Assembly (NCBI GenBank): GCA_038045945.1
Contig: JBBSXC010000004.1
Location: 192,001-256,000, forward strand
Origin: Nanobdellota archaeon
GTDB lineage: Archaea; Nanobdellota; Nanobdellia; Pacearchaeales; GW2011-AR1
DNA: 64,000 nt
Reading direction: 5' to 3'
The notes below the pieces were generated by a model. That model worked only from the letters and a program-made list of their open reading frames with translations, was not told the DNA's origin and searched no databases. This document shows positions 39,918 to 50,052 of the stretch, one piece after another. The translations under genes and the position numbers were made by a program. How positions within the stretch are numbered: position 1 is the stretch's first letter; each line of letters starts with the position of its first letter.

Positions 39918-41240
39918 CTAAATCTGAACAACCTCAACATCAAGCTTCCTTCTAAGAATTTCAACAAAACGATCCTGATCAACCCTACTAATAGTACAAG
40001 TAGCAGAAGAAGAATGGCCGCTCCAATCACCAGAAAAAGACTCCATCATAGAAGAAATAAAATCATCAGCCTTCCTCCCAGACTTTTCGTAACCGCCAAC
40101 CATCCGAAAAAAAACCTTAACTTTATCAGAATTAAGATAAGACATACAAATAATAGAAGTACCCTCCTTGTAACCTGAAGAAAAAGTTATAAGGCTAGAA
40201 ACAACATTCATCATAGAATCCTTAATACGATCCTTAGAATTAATAATAACATAACCTTGGCCTTGCGTTTTATCAGCAAAATTAACAAAATTGATAGCCT
40301 CAACAATTTCTTGCTTGTAACGAGCATGAATCTTATCAGCCTCAACCCTAGCAAACTTATTATTAAGACAAAAAGAAACACCAATCTGACTAAAACCAGC
40401 ATGACTACAAGCATTAATCAAAGCAGAAAGCTCACGAGCATCTTCAAGCTTACCAAAAAGCTTAACCAAATAGATATTACCAATAATCCCAGAATTATCA
40501 TAATCCTTACGCCTCATAATAATAGAAGTTATCAGACGAGAATTCTCATCATCATCAATATCCATAAGAGACTTAAAACGACCATTATCCTTAGGAATAT
40601 TAGCCTCGCGCAAAAGCTCAACGGCACCAAGAGAATTACCAGTAACGCCTGGAATAAAGAGGTTAGAACTAAACTCTAAAGCCTTATCAAGAGGCCTAGT
40701 AGCAGGATAAAGAAGCAAACCCTTCTTAACAACAACCTGAGCATCAAAAAAGATGCTATCATTAATGGGTCCATTACCCTTAACCAAGTCACCAACACTA
40801 CCAATAATAGCTAAACTAGCCAAATCAGAATTATTAACATCAAGCTCCTTAGCAAACAAATAAGAAACAGCAGAAGAACACAACTCCTCCCTATCACCAA
40901 CAAGGTGAGGATTAAGCAAAAAAGTATTAGGTAAAAAATCACTCTTAACATCATGATGATCAATAACAAAAACTTCCTTAAGATGACCAAAAAGCTTCAA
41001 ACTGGAAGAACCCAAATCAAGAAAAACAATAAGAGAATCAGTAGGAAGACCCATAACAAAATCAGGAGTTAAAGAATTAACAATATTAAGGGTGAAAGAA
41101 ACACCGGCTCGACTAAGAGCCTTACACATAATAGAAGCAGAAGTTATACCATCAGTATCAAAATGACTAATAATGCGAACAGGATAACTACTAGAGCTAG
41201 AAACAAACTTTTTAACAGCCTCTTTAATTAAAACTTTCAT
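39918..41240 (-). CDS. recJ: RecJ-like DHH phosphoesterase
   Basis: SHFDTDGITS, FLDLGS, IDHH, NPHL, SGHSSSA; next to rps15 as in other archaea. Confidence 0.88.
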   Translation of the reverse strand: MKVLIKEAVKKFVSSSSSYPVRIISHFDTDGITSASIMCKALSRAGVSFTLNIVNSLTPDFVMGLPTDSLIVFLDLGSSSLKLFGHLKEVFVIDHHDVKSDFLPNTFLLNPHLVGDREELCSSAVSYLFAKELDVNNSDLASLAIIGSVGDLVKGNGPINDSIFFDAQVVVKKGLLLYPATRPLDKALEFSSNLFIPGVTGNSLGAVELLREANIPKDNGRFKSLMDIDDDENSRLITSIIMRRKDYDNSGIIGNIYLVKLFGKLEDARELSALINACSHAGFSQIGVSFCLNNKFARVEADKIHARYKQEIVEAINFVNFADKTQGQGYVIINSKDRIKDSMMNVVSSLITFSSGYKEGTSIICMSYLNSDKVKVFFRMVGGYEKSGRKADDFISSMMESFSGDWSGHSSSATCTISRVDQDRFVEILRRKLDVEVVQI

Positions 41241-41335
41241 AAAAAACACCTCTAAACAAAAAAAGGAAGGAAAGACTATTTAAAAATGTTTCAAAACAAA
41301 ATGATTTATCGACGAGAAAAAATATTATTTTCGAA

Positions 41336-41653
41336 TTAGTTTCTTGTAGCCAAGTATTCTTCAACAGTCTTAACTTGAGCTGCAGTCTTAATAAGGCGTC
41401 TCTTAGCTGGCTGATCATGATGATTCTTAGCAAAATGATCCCTAAGAGTTTGAAGTCTCTTCTTAACATTAATTAAGTCAGCATCATTCTTACCAATAAC
41501 CTGAGCAATTTTAACACCAAACTCTTCCTTAAAGTTCTTAACACCATGATCCTTCTTAAAAACAAGGCCAATCTTCTCAGAGGTAATACCACTAGCGTAT
41601 AAGTCAAGGACTATCTTCTCAGCATCCTTCATTGACAACTTCTTATTAACCAT
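41336..41653 (-). CDS. rps15: 30S ribosomal protein S15 (uS15), short form
   Basis: SEKIGLVFKKDHGV, LRDHFAKNHHDQPAKRRL. Confidence 0.85.
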   Translation of the reverse strand: MVNKKLSMKDAEKIVLDLYASGITSEKIGLVFKKDHGVKNFKEEFGVKIAQVIGKNDADLINVKKRLQTLRDHFAKNHHDQPAKRRLIKTAAQVKTVEEYLATRN

Positions 41654-41781
41654 AAATAAACAATCAGAAAGAGTGTTTTTAAAGCTTTGGGGTTTCTTGA
41701 ATTTTTTGTGTTTGAAACCACAAGGCCTCAAAATTTAGAAATTTTTGAAGTTAACGATAAGGCAAAAACTAGAAAATCATC

Positions 41782-41840
41782 AATAGCCCCTCCTGTAGTC
41801 TGTTCAAAACTTGAAGGTTTTGATATTAAATAGCCCCTCC
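41782..41840. repeat. 12-bp direct repeat of the tRNA-Gln 3' end flanking a hairpin
   Basis: AATAGCCCCTCC at 41782-41793 and 41829-41840. Confidence 0.6.
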
Positions 41841-41904
41841 CGGATTCGAACCGGGGTCTCAGGCTCCAAAGGCCTGCATCTTTGACCAACTGGACGAAGG
41901 GGCT
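41831..41904 (-). tRNA. tRNA-Gln(TTG)
   Basis: Anticodon arm CAGGC-CTTTGGA-GCCTG; A1-U72 pair typical of archaeal tRNA-Gln. Confidence 0.93.
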
Positions 41905-41955
41905 ATAAATTAGAGAAACAAGCAAGGCTTTTTAAAAGTTAGCAAAAATCTCAAA

Positions 41956-42576
41956 CTAATGCCTGTAACGACCGCGAGCCTCAACCTTAGATAATTGATC
42001 AATAACCTTATTAAAATTCTTACTAGAACTATAACCCTTAAGGAAAGACTCATATAAAGAATCAAAACGATCATAATGCTTAGCTTCTAAAGCCTCCTTA
42101 AACAAGTGAACATCAACAGCCTTATCCTCAAACTTTTCAGAATAAAAAGAAAGGCCAAAATCAATAAAAAACACTTCTTTACCACCATTTGGAACGATAA
42201 TATTGCTGCTGGTCAAGTCACCATGAACAATATTAGAGTCATGAAGTTTAGAAACCTCTTTACCAAGAACAAAACAAATACTTTTAGCATTATCAACACC
42301 AGAGCTAGTAAGGAAATCGGAAAGCTTTTCTCCATCAACAAAACTCATAACCAACTTATGATTCTTTTCATCAACAGAAAAAACTGTTGGGGCATTAACG
42401 ATCTTAGAAGCCCTAAGCATCAAACGACCCTCAGCACGGGTACGCAACTTACGAATTTTATCATCAATCTGGAAAATACGATAACCCTTGACAGGACGAA
42501 CCTTAGAAACCGTCTTATCAGAATTCAAAGTAACAACAGCTTCAGCACCAAGACCGATAATTTTAGATTTAACCAT
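41956..42576 (-). CDS. bud32: KEOPS kinase Bud32
   Basis: GAEA, RTRAEG, VHGDLTSSN, IDFGLS, EDKAVD, RGRY. Confidence 0.93.
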   Translation of the reverse strand: MVKSKIIGLGAEAVVTLNSDKTVSKVRPVKGYRIFQIDDKIRKLRTRAEGRLMLRASKIVNAPTVFSVDEKNHKLVMSFVDGEKLSDFLTSSGVDNAKSICFVLGKEVSKLHDSNIVHGDLTSSNIIVPNGGKEVFFIDFGLSFYSEKFEDKAVDVHLFKEALEAKHYDRFDSLYESFLKGYSSSKNFNKVIDQLSKVEARGRYRH

Positions 42577-42606
42577 AAAAATAGTTATGAAAAACCATTA
42601 AAAAGG

Positions 42607-43224
42607 TTATTGTTTCCTGTTAAGATACATCCTAAAAAACCAGAAAAAGACAAAAACACCAAGAATAGCTAAACCGGCATCCCAAAGAGTGTCCTGAAAA
42701 GGGGTCATAACATCAAGAACATTACTAATACCAAAGAAGTGAGACGAAGGATCAGCCTTAAGAAAAACGCCCATAAAGTAAGAACCAAACAGTTGATCAA
42801 AAACAAACTCAACAACTTCCCAAAAAAGACTAAAGCAAACAGCTAATAAAGAAGACCTAAAAAGACGAGACTTCTCATCCTTAACAAAAGGCTTGAGAAC
42901 ATAATAAAAAAATAAAGTTATCATCATAGGATTAAAAAAATGAAGAATCTTATCATAATACTGATAAAGATAAAAAAATTCTAAGACCTCGCCAAAAATA
43001 TTAAGCAGCACTATAAGAGAAAGAAAAAGATGAGCATGAAGAGGTATCTTACGAAAAAAGAAATAAACAGATATTAAAGCAAAAAGAGCAATAAACCAAA
43101 TTATAGAGCGATAAGGAACAAAAAACAAATCGTAAATAGCAACTATTAACAAAAATAACCAAAAACAATAATTGGCAATTCTAAAAAAAGAAAGAAACTT
43201 ATTATCTTTAATCATAATTTTCAC
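42607..43224 (-). CDS. Membrane protein (DUF2238/YjdF-like)
   Basis: YDKILH, WEVVEF, DTLWD in a polytopic protein. Confidence 0.7.
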   Translation of the reverse strand: MKIMIKDNKFLSFFRIANYCFWLFLLIVAIYDLFFVPYRSIIWFIALFALISVYFFFRKIPLHAHLFLSLIVLLNIFGEVLEFFYLYQYYDKILHFFNPMMITLFFYYVLKPFVKDEKSRLFRSSLLAVCFSLFWEVVEFVFDQLFGSYFMGVFLKADPSSHFFGISNVLDVMTPFQDTLWDAGLAILGVFVFFWFFRMYLNRKQ

Positions 43225-44591
43225 ATCCTTACTTTTTTACCAAACTTCTTAGCAATCTTTTGCATTTGCTCTCGCGAAAGCTGACCAGACTCCAAACCTT
43301 CCATACCGCCCATGCCTCCGGAAGAAAATTCCTTAATCAAATCATACTGCTTAAGCAAAGCCTTAACATCAGAAACTGTCGAACCTGCACCATGAGCAAT
43401 ACGAGAAATTCTAGACTTTTGTTTATCTAAAACTGCCGGGTTATCAATCTCCTCTGGGGTCATAGAATCAATAATGTTCTTCCACTTCTTAATCTTATTC
43501 TCCTGACTACCAAGCATTTCTTCAGGAATCTTAGCCTTAGAAAAACCAGGAATAAGACTAGTAATTTTAGAAAGAGAACCCATACTCTGCATAGCCTTAA
43601 TTTGTTCATAAAGATCAAGAAGATTAAACTTACCCTCCTCTAAACGCTTAAGAGACTTCTTTTGAGAATTCTCATCAATTGAAGACTTAACCTTATCAAG
43701 AAGAGCTTCCAAATCACCCATACCAAGAATCCTAGAAACAAAATTCTCAGGATTAAAAACCTCTAAGTCATTAAGCTTTTCACCAGTAGTAATAAAATAA
43801 ACAGGAGTACCCGTCTGCGAACAAGCAGACAAAGCACCACCCCCCTTAGCAGAAGAATCCATCCTAGTAACAATAACACCAGAAATATCTAGCGACTTCT
43901 TAAATTCCTGAGCCTGACGCTTAACAACCTGACCAATATCAGCAGGAATAACAAGAAGAACATGAGTAGGCTTAACTTCCTTATTAATAACCTTTAATTC
44001 TTCAATAAGCTCACCATCAAGATCATGACGACCAGCAGTATCAAAAAACAACAAGTCATAATCATCAAACTCTGACTTAAACTTCTTAATAATCTTAGAA
44101 GGATTCTTCTCAGAAGCATCAACAAAAACCCGAATTTTAGAATTCTTACCAAGCTGCTCTAACTGCTCAGAAGCAGCAGGACGATGAACATCCAAACCAA
44201 CAATAGCAGACTTAAAACCCCTCTTAGAATAATAATAAGCAAGCTTATTAGTAGTAGTAGTCTTACCAGAACCATAAAGACCAATAAGAACAACACGATC
44301 ACCGCGAGCAAGCTTCAACTCCTTCTTCTCACCACCAATAATAGAAAGAATTTTATCATGAAGAAGCTTAATAATTTGTTCCTTTTTGTCAACACCCTTA
44401 ATACTCTCAGAAGAAGCAACAGCTCTGAGCTCATCACTAATCTGCTTAACAAGAGTAACAGCAACATCAGACTCAATAAGAGCTCTTTGCAAATCCTTAA
44501 TAATAGAATCAACAAGCTTCTTATCAACAAAAATAGCTGAAGCTAAACGATCCATACTATTACGCAAAACGCCAGAAAGCTTTTCAAGCAT
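43221..44591 (-). CDS. srp54: Signal recognition particle protein SRP54
   Basis: GLYGSGKTTT, DTAGRH, AKGGGALS, RILGMGD, M domain. Confidence 0.96.
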   Translation of the reverse strand: MLEKLSGVLRNSMDRLASAIFVDKKLVDSIIKDLQRALIESDVAVTLVKQISDELRAVASSESIKGVDKKEQIIKLLHDKILSIIGGEKKELKLARGDRVVLIGLYGSGKTTTTNKLAYYYSKRGFKSAIVGLDVHRPAASEQLEQLGKNSKIRVFVDASEKNPSKIIKKFKSEFDDYDLLFFDTAGRHDLDGELIEELKVINKEVKPTHVLLVIPADIGQVVKRQAQEFKKSLDISGVIVTRMDSSAKGGGALSACSQTGTPVYFITTGEKLNDLEVFNPENFVSRILGMGDLEALLDKVKSSIDENSQKKSLKRLEEGKFNLLDLYEQIKAMQSMGSLSKITSLIPGFSKAKIPEEMLGSQENKIKKWKNIIDSMTPEEIDNPAVLDKQKSRISRIAHGAGSTVSDVKALLKQYDLIKEFSSGGMGGMEGLESGQLSREQMQKIAKKFGKKVRM

Positions 44592-44647
44592 AAAAAAGAA
44601 AGCAAAGAAGGGATTAATAAAGTTACGGTTTTGAAGAAAAAAAGAAC

Positions 44648-45835
44648 TTACAAACCAAGAGCAGCAAGAATCTTATCCTTATCAAAAGGAACTAAATCAT
44701 CATAAGATTGACCATTACCTAAAAAAACAATAGGCTTACCAGTAACTTTACTCACAGAGATAGCAGTACCGCCCTTCTCATCAATATCAGACTTAGTAAG
44801 AATAATACCGTCAATATTAACAGAATCATTAAAAATCCTGGCCTGCTCGGTAGCATCATTACCTGTAATGGATTCACCAACAAAAAACTTAAAGTCAGGC
44901 TTAGCAACACGAACAATCTTGCCCATCTCATCCATCAAGTTCTGCTTAGTATGCATACGACCAGCAGTATCAACAAGAACAACCTTAATCTTCTTAGCCT
45001 TAGCATACTGAATAGCATCATAAGCAACAGCAGCAGGATCAGAACCATAAGTCTGCTTAATAACGTGAACACCTAAACGCTCACCATGAATAGCCAATTG
45101 TTCAATAGAAGCAGCACGAAAAGTATCAGCAGCAGCAAAAACACAAGAAATATTATTATTTTTCAATAATTTAGCAAACTTGGCAAGAGTAGTAGTCTTA
45201 CCAGAACCATTAATACCACAGAAAAGAATAGTAACAGTAGTGGGAGACTTCTTAATATAATCAATAACATCAAAAGAAGGCTTAATTAATAATTCGTCAA
45301 TAGTCTCACGCAAAGCAGAAGTAACCTTCCCTTTAACTTCATCCTTCTTAAACTCCCGACCAACAAGCTTAGAAGACATACGCTCCTTAATAAAATCAAC
45401 AACGGAAACAGCAACATTACCCTCAAGAAGAATCAATTCCAAATCATTAAAAGAATCAACAAAAAATTCTTCAGTTATAGTAAGATTAGAAAAAACAGAC
45501 TTAATCTTAGAAAAAAACCCTTTTTTAGGCTCAACATGGGGCATAACTGGCTCAGACTTAGCAGAATTATCAGAAGATGATTGAGGTTTATCAAGATCAA
45601 CAGAATCAAAATCATCAACAACTGCCGCAGAATCAACAGTGGAAGATTTAGAATTTTTTGAAGTTTTAGAAACCTTAGAAGAAGACTTTTTAGAGGAAGA
45701 AACAACCCTCTTAGCTACAGGTTTATCAAAAACTTCCTTAACGAGCGGCTTATCAGGAGATGAATCAATAGTTTTTTCAGATGAAAGCCAACCAGCAATT
45801 TTTTTCTTTAATAAATCAAACATTGCAATACTCAT
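44648..45835 (-). CDS. ftsY: SRP receptor FtsY
   Basis: GINGSGKTTTLAK, DTFRAAS, DTAGR, KGGTAIS, GQSYDDL. Confidence 0.96.
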   Translation of the reverse strand: MSIAMFDLLKKKIAGWLSSEKTIDSSPDKPLVKEVFDKPVAKRVVSSSKKSSSKVSKTSKNSKSSTVDSAAVVDDFDSVDLDKPQSSSDNSAKSEPVMPHVEPKKGFFSKIKSVFSNLTITEEFFVDSFNDLELILLEGNVAVSVVDFIKERMSSKLVGREFKKDEVKGKVTSALRETIDELLIKPSFDVIDYIKKSPTTVTILFCGINGSGKTTTLAKFAKLLKNNNISCVFAAADTFRAASIEQLAIHGERLGVHVIKQTYGSDPAAVAYDAIQYAKAKKIKVVLVDTAGRMHTKQNLMDEMGKIVRVAKPDFKFFVGESITGNDATEQARIFNDSVNIDGIILTKSDIDEKGGTAISVSKVTGKPIVFLGNGQSYDDLVPFDKDKILAALGL

Positions 45836-45876
45836 TTAGATGAATTTATAAGCATTACGTAAGTAAAAATATCATT

Positions 45877-47112
45877 ATGAGAGGTGTATTGATAATACTA
45901 GACGGTGTAGGAGACCGACCATGCAGACTACTAAACGGTCTAAGCCCGCTAGAAGCAGCAAAAACACCAAACCTTGATTGGTTAGCAGAAAGAAGTATCA
46001 TGGGAACACACCAATCAAGAATGGAAGGATTACCGCAATCAGACGAAGCAACAATAAAACTATTAGGGAACGACTTATCAAAACAAAAAATTTCTAGAGG
46101 AATAATAGAAGCGGTAGGAGCAGGAATAAAACTAGAAAAATTAGGGGACTACTTAGCATTTAGAGCAGACTTTGCAACAATAGACAAAAAAACTAGGAGA
46201 ATAATAGACCGAAGGGTAGGAAGAACACTAACAAGCAAAGAAGCAAAAAAATTATCAGAAGAAATAAACAAAAAGGTGAAACTATTATTCGAATTCAAAA
46301 TAACACCAACAGTACAACACAGAGGAGTGCTAGTAATAAAAGGAAACTTATCACAAAACATTTCTGACACAGACCCAGAATACGAAATGCTAGAACCATA
46401 CATACAAGAAGCAAAACCATTAGATGAGAGAATTATAAGCAAGTACACGGCAGAACTAATAAACTACTTCACAAAAAAATCATCAGAAGTACTAGAAGAA
46501 CACCCAATAAACAAAGAAAGGAGAAGAAAAGGATTACTGCCAGCAAACGCAATAATAATGAGAGGGGCAGGAACAAAAAAACCAACACTAAAAAACCATT
46601 CTGACTGGAGAAGCGTAAACTACATGCCAGTAGAAAGAGGAATAGCAATACTTTCAGGAATGAAAACAACAACTTTTCAATACCCAAAAATTCACGGAGA
46701 AGACGTATACAAAACATTACACGAAGGACTAAAAAAAGCATGCAAAGTAGCAACAATAACCTTAGACCAAACAAAAGAAAAATACTTATACATACACATA
46801 AAAGAAACAGACATACCTGGACACGACGGTAATCCATACGAAAAAAAGAAGATGCTAGAAGAAATAGACGAGTTACTAATGGGAAAAATAAAAGAATTAG
46901 TAAAAGAAAAAGGAATAAAAGTAATAATCACCGGAGACCATGCAACACCATGCGAAATGAAAGGACACTCAAAAGACCAAGTACCAATAATGCTAATAAA
47001 AACAAGCAGCCATCATAAAACCGGAAGAAGATTTAACGAAAAAGAAGCAAAAAAAGGAGAATTGGGGATGATACACTCAGAAAAATTATTAGAAGTCTGC
47101 GAATTCTCATAA
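45877..47112 (+). CDS. apgM: Archaeal cofactor-independent phosphoglycerate mutase
   Basis: ILDGVGD, PLEAAKTPNLD, QSD, DIPGHDG, TGDHATP, GHS. Confidence 0.9.
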   Translation: MRGVLIILDGVGDRPCRLLNGLSPLEAAKTPNLDWLAERSIMGTHQSRMEGLPQSDEATIKLLGNDLSKQKISRGIIEAVGAGIKLEKLGDYLAFRADFATIDKKTRRIIDRRVGRTLTSKEAKKLSEEINKKVKLLFEFKITPTVQHRGVLVIKGNLSQNISDTDPEYEMLEPYIQEAKPLDERIISKYTAELINYFTKKSSEVLEEHPINKERRRKGLLPANAIIMRGAGTKKPTLKNHSDWRSVNYMPVERGIAILSGMKTTTFQYPKIHGEDVYKTLHEGLKKACKVATITLDQTKEKYLYIHIKETDIPGHDGNPYEKKKMLEEIDELLMGKIKELVKEKGIKVIITGDHATPCEMKGHSKDQVPIMLIKTSSHHKTGRRFNEKEAKKGELGMIHSEKLLEVCEFS

Positions 47113-47198
47113 CAAAAAAAGAAATTTTTCTAACAAAAAAGTTGCGGTGTTAAAGATATCACCATAATAGTTAAAAAAGCAAAGAATCAGTCATTATC

Positions 47199-47777
47199 AT
47201 GATAACCTACAATGACATTTATGAAGCACTAAGAAAAGAAAGATACTCAGAACAACTACAAACACTAACAAAAAAGTTCTTAAGAGACATAGCAGAATAC
47301 TTCGATGACAAAAAAAAGTCATCAGAAAAAGAAGAATCACTTTCTGGAGAAACATCGTCAAAGGGAAAAAAACAATTAGAAAACGCGATTTCAATGTTTA
47401 AAGAACTAATGCTACGGCGCAAGAAAAAAATACTTAACTTAGTGTTCATAGCAGCAGAAACAGGACTGTCAAAAAGAGACTTCGAAAACCTCTTACCATT
47501 CGAAAAATCATTATTTGAAAAAATTATGGACTCGGTAGAAATATCTGATAGAGAACTAAAAGAAATAATGAAAGGATCAGAAGAAGTAACAACACTAATA
47601 TCAAAAGAAAATATGCTAATAGTATTCAAAGAAGACATAGAAGAATTCTTAGACTTAGAGGGAAACAAAACCGGGCCATTTGCTAAAGGAGAAATAGCAA
47701 GCATAAATTCAGACATAGCAAAAATATTAATCGGTGGAGGAAAAGCAGAAAACGTAGAAGGAAACAAAGAAGAATAA
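47199..47777 (+). CDS. GINS subunit (Gins51-like)
   Basis: YEALRKER...RRKKKILNL, LLPFEK, B domain GPFAKGEIA. Confidence 0.8.
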   Translation: MITYNDIYEALRKERYSEQLQTLTKKFLRDIAEYFDDKKKSSEKEESLSGETSSKGKKQLENAISMFKELMLRRKKKILNLVFIAAETGLSKRDFENLLPFEKSLFEKIMDSVEISDRELKEIMKGSEEVTTLISKENMLIVFKEDIEEFLDLEGNKTGPFAKGEIASINSDIAKILIGGGKAENVEGNKEE

Positions 47778-47821
47778 AAATAAAGGTGTACCCTTATCAA
47801 CCTACCACAAAAAAGTTTTTC

Positions 47822-48658
47822 TTATAAGCGTAAATTTCCACCAACCCAAGCACGAAGAATAAAAATAATTGCCCTTTGTCTATCTGGAAGGCCACCCCTC
47901 TTCAAATAATTATTCTTTAAAGCAACGCTGTCAATAACAACATCGGGATTATCTCCAGAAAACTCTATGCCGAAAAACTTCCTTAGAGCATTAGGGTTCT
48001 TAGAAACAAAAATTTCGATAAGCTTCATAGCAACAAGTTCAGGATTAACAGTCCTTTCAGGATCCTTAGCACCAAGAAGACCCTCCCTAACAGGATCCTT
48101 ATTACTAAGAGGAATAACCCCAGGACTATCCATAAGCAAAGCATTATCGCCAAAACTCATCCACTGAACACCATGAGTAGTACCTGCACGCTTAGAAACC
48201 TTAGCAGAATGCTTCCTAATAAGAGCATTAACAAGACTAGACTTACCCGTGTTAGGGTAACCAACAACACCAATCCTTAACTTACCAAAATTATTCTTAA
48301 CTTCAGAAAAATCCTTAAAAATAAGAGACTTAAGCTTCTTAAGATCATAATCATCCTTAGAAGAAACATAAACACACTCAGCAATCTTCCTAAGCCTCTT
48401 ACGATCATCATCCAAAACTTCTCGAGAAACAAGATCGGCTTTATTCATAACAAAAACAAGCCTCTTACCAGAAGCAAAAATCTTTGCTTCAATCTCATCA
48501 TTACGAGAAAGATCAGGCATACGAGCATCTAAAACCTCTAAAATAACATCACACTGAGAAATAATCTTATCAATTACTTCCCAGTAACCAAGAACGTCCC
48601 TAGGGATAGAACTTCTTCCCTTAAAACCTTCACGAGGCCTAGTAGTAGCACGATACAT
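47822..48658 (-). CDS. RbgA/YlqF-like circularly permuted GTPase
   Basis: VLDARMP and NKADL precede GYPNTGKSS, GTT and DSPGV. Confidence 0.92.
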   Translation of the reverse strand: MYRATTRPREGFKGRSSIPRDVLGYWEVIDKIISQCDVILEVLDARMPDLSRNDEIEAKIFASGKRLVFVMNKADLVSREVLDDDRKRLRKIAECVYVSSKDDYDLKKLKSLIFKDFSEVKNNFGKLRIGVVGYPNTGKSSLVNALIRKHSAKVSKRAGTTHGVQWMSFGDNALLMDSPGVIPLSNKDPVREGLLGAKDPERTVNPELVAMKLIEIFVSKNPNALRKFFGIEFSGDNPDVVIDSVALKNNYLKRGGLPDRQRAIIFILRAWVGGNLRL

Positions 48659-48693
48659 AAAAAAAGCAGTGAAAAATAGGTTATAAACATGAC

Positions 48694-48800
48694 TATGTCG
48701 AGAATCAAACTTTTCGATCACTTCAGAAATAAAATTTCTGACATCAATCAAGAATTAACATTCTTGATGTGTTAAAAAACAATATGTAGTTTTTGACATA
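48694..48800. repeat. Cluster of four hairpins with terminal inverted repeat
   Basis: TCGAGAA/TTTTCGA, TCAGAAAT/ATTTCTGA, ATCAAGAAT/ATTCTTGAT, GTTAAAAAAC/GTTTTTGAC; ends TATGTC...GACATA. Confidence 0.6.
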
Positions 48801-48835
48801 ACAATACTTAAAAGATATGGTGAGTAATTAATGAA

Positions 48836-49231
48836 ATGAATGAGCGTGTTGAAAATGGTTCTTATATCCATGTTACTGGATACGTAACAGAAGAGGGGCT
48901 GGTCAGAGTAGCCTATCATTTAGAACAAATAACCACCGGAGAAAATGAAGCAAGCGGCGGGGGTGCAAGAAGAAAGTTTGCAGATAAGAAAAGCCTTGCA
49001 GAATTAGGAGATTTATTAGCGACTAACCCTGAATTTGGTGGGGGCAGTGACAAACTAAATTTTTTACATTTAAGGCCTGCTAGAAAAGAAACCCTTTTTT
49101 GTGTTGATGACACTGAATACGAAGATGGAAAATTTGGTTATAGGTTCGAAAGACCAGCAAGGGATGATGAGCTAGCAGAGATAATACAAACATACGCCAA
49201 AGCTATAAAACCATTTTGTGCAGCGCCCTAA
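48836..49231 (+). CDS. Hypothetical protein
   Basis: 131 aa ORF with globular composition and atypical codon usage. Confidence 0.6.
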   Translation: MNERVENGSYIHVTGYVTEEGLVRVAYHLEQITTGENEASGGGARRKFADKKSLAELGDLLATNPEFGGGSDKLNFLHLRPARKETLFCVDDTEYEDGKFGYRFERPARDDELAEIIQTYAKAIKPFCAAP

Positions 49232-49238
49232 AAAATAA

Positions 49239-49808
49239 CTACTTTTTCTTTTTTGAAGACTTCTCAACCCTTCTATAACCTAACCAAATAACAAGTACTA
49301 ATTCAACTCCAAGAAGAATAACTCTCATAACCTTTGATAAATCACCAAAAACCCTAATAGTTCCATATATAAGAATCAAAATACCACCAAGAATGAAACC
49401 AGAACCAATAGACTCTAAAGATAAGAATAATCCGGCAGCAATCAAAGCAATACTAATAGGAGCTAAAATGAAGAAAAGATTCCTAGAATAATCCTGATTA
49501 GCTGATTCAAGCTCTACTTGACAAGTCTCACAATAATAAGAAGAGGGGCAACTGCTAGTATAATTAAAAGTTATGTAACCCTTACTATCATAACAACTCT
49601 TCTCATCCGTAGCAGAAACAGTGATGTTCGGGCAGCCACTAACAAGTTCACGATTAACAGTTTTTTCATAAGCAATAGGATAATTATTATTAGTGCAAAA
49701 ATCTTCATACTTAGGAGAAGAATAAATAGCATCAACTAAGAAACCAACAAATAAAGCAAGCAAGATGCCTACTGCAAGAGTTAAAGCAACCTTCTTAATA
49801 TCAGCCAT
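49239..49808 (-). CDS. Membrane protein with Cys-rich extracellular loop
   Basis: One TM helix, a loop with six Cys, then three TM helices. Confidence 0.75.
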   Translation of the reverse strand: MADIKKVALTLAVGILLALFVGFLVDAIYSSPKYEDFCTNNNYPIAYEKTVNRELVSGCPNITVSATDEKSCYDSKGYITFNYTSSCPSSYYCETCQVELESANQDYSRNLFFILAPISIALIAAGLFLSLESIGSGFILGGILILIYGTIRVFGDLSKVMRVILLGVELVLVIWLGYRRVEKSSKKKK

Positions 49809-49868
49809 AAAGAAATAATGATAACGTCATTTAAAAGGGTTGTGATAAACCCTATCCTAAATAAACTA

Positions 49869-49971
49869 AGCCTCTAGAGGGATTTGAACCCCCGACCCCT
49901 AGTTAATTTGGCTTTTGCTTTTTATTTCAAAAACTTACAAAACTAGTGCTCTGCCACTGAGCTATAGAGGC
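49869..49971 (-). tRNA. tRNA-Thr(TGT) with 31-nt intron at 37/38 (49905..49935)
   Basis: Acceptor GCCTCTA/TAGAGGC with U73; BHB helix UUUG/CAAA with bulges UAA and UUA. Confidence 0.9.
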
Positions 49972-50052
49972 ACAAGAATGACAATTTAAGACGGTTTAAA
50001 AATACTTTCCTTCACAAAAAATAAACAGAAATTTATAAGAAAATTAGAATTT

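Noticed and set aside
48694-48800. Mini CRISPR array
   Set aside because: Units are not identical direct repeats, there are no spacer-length gaps, and no cas genes.
49869-49971. Reading this tRNA as Tyr(GTA)
   Set aside because: The stem register puts TGT at 34-36, and U73 with G1-C72 fits archaeal Thr.
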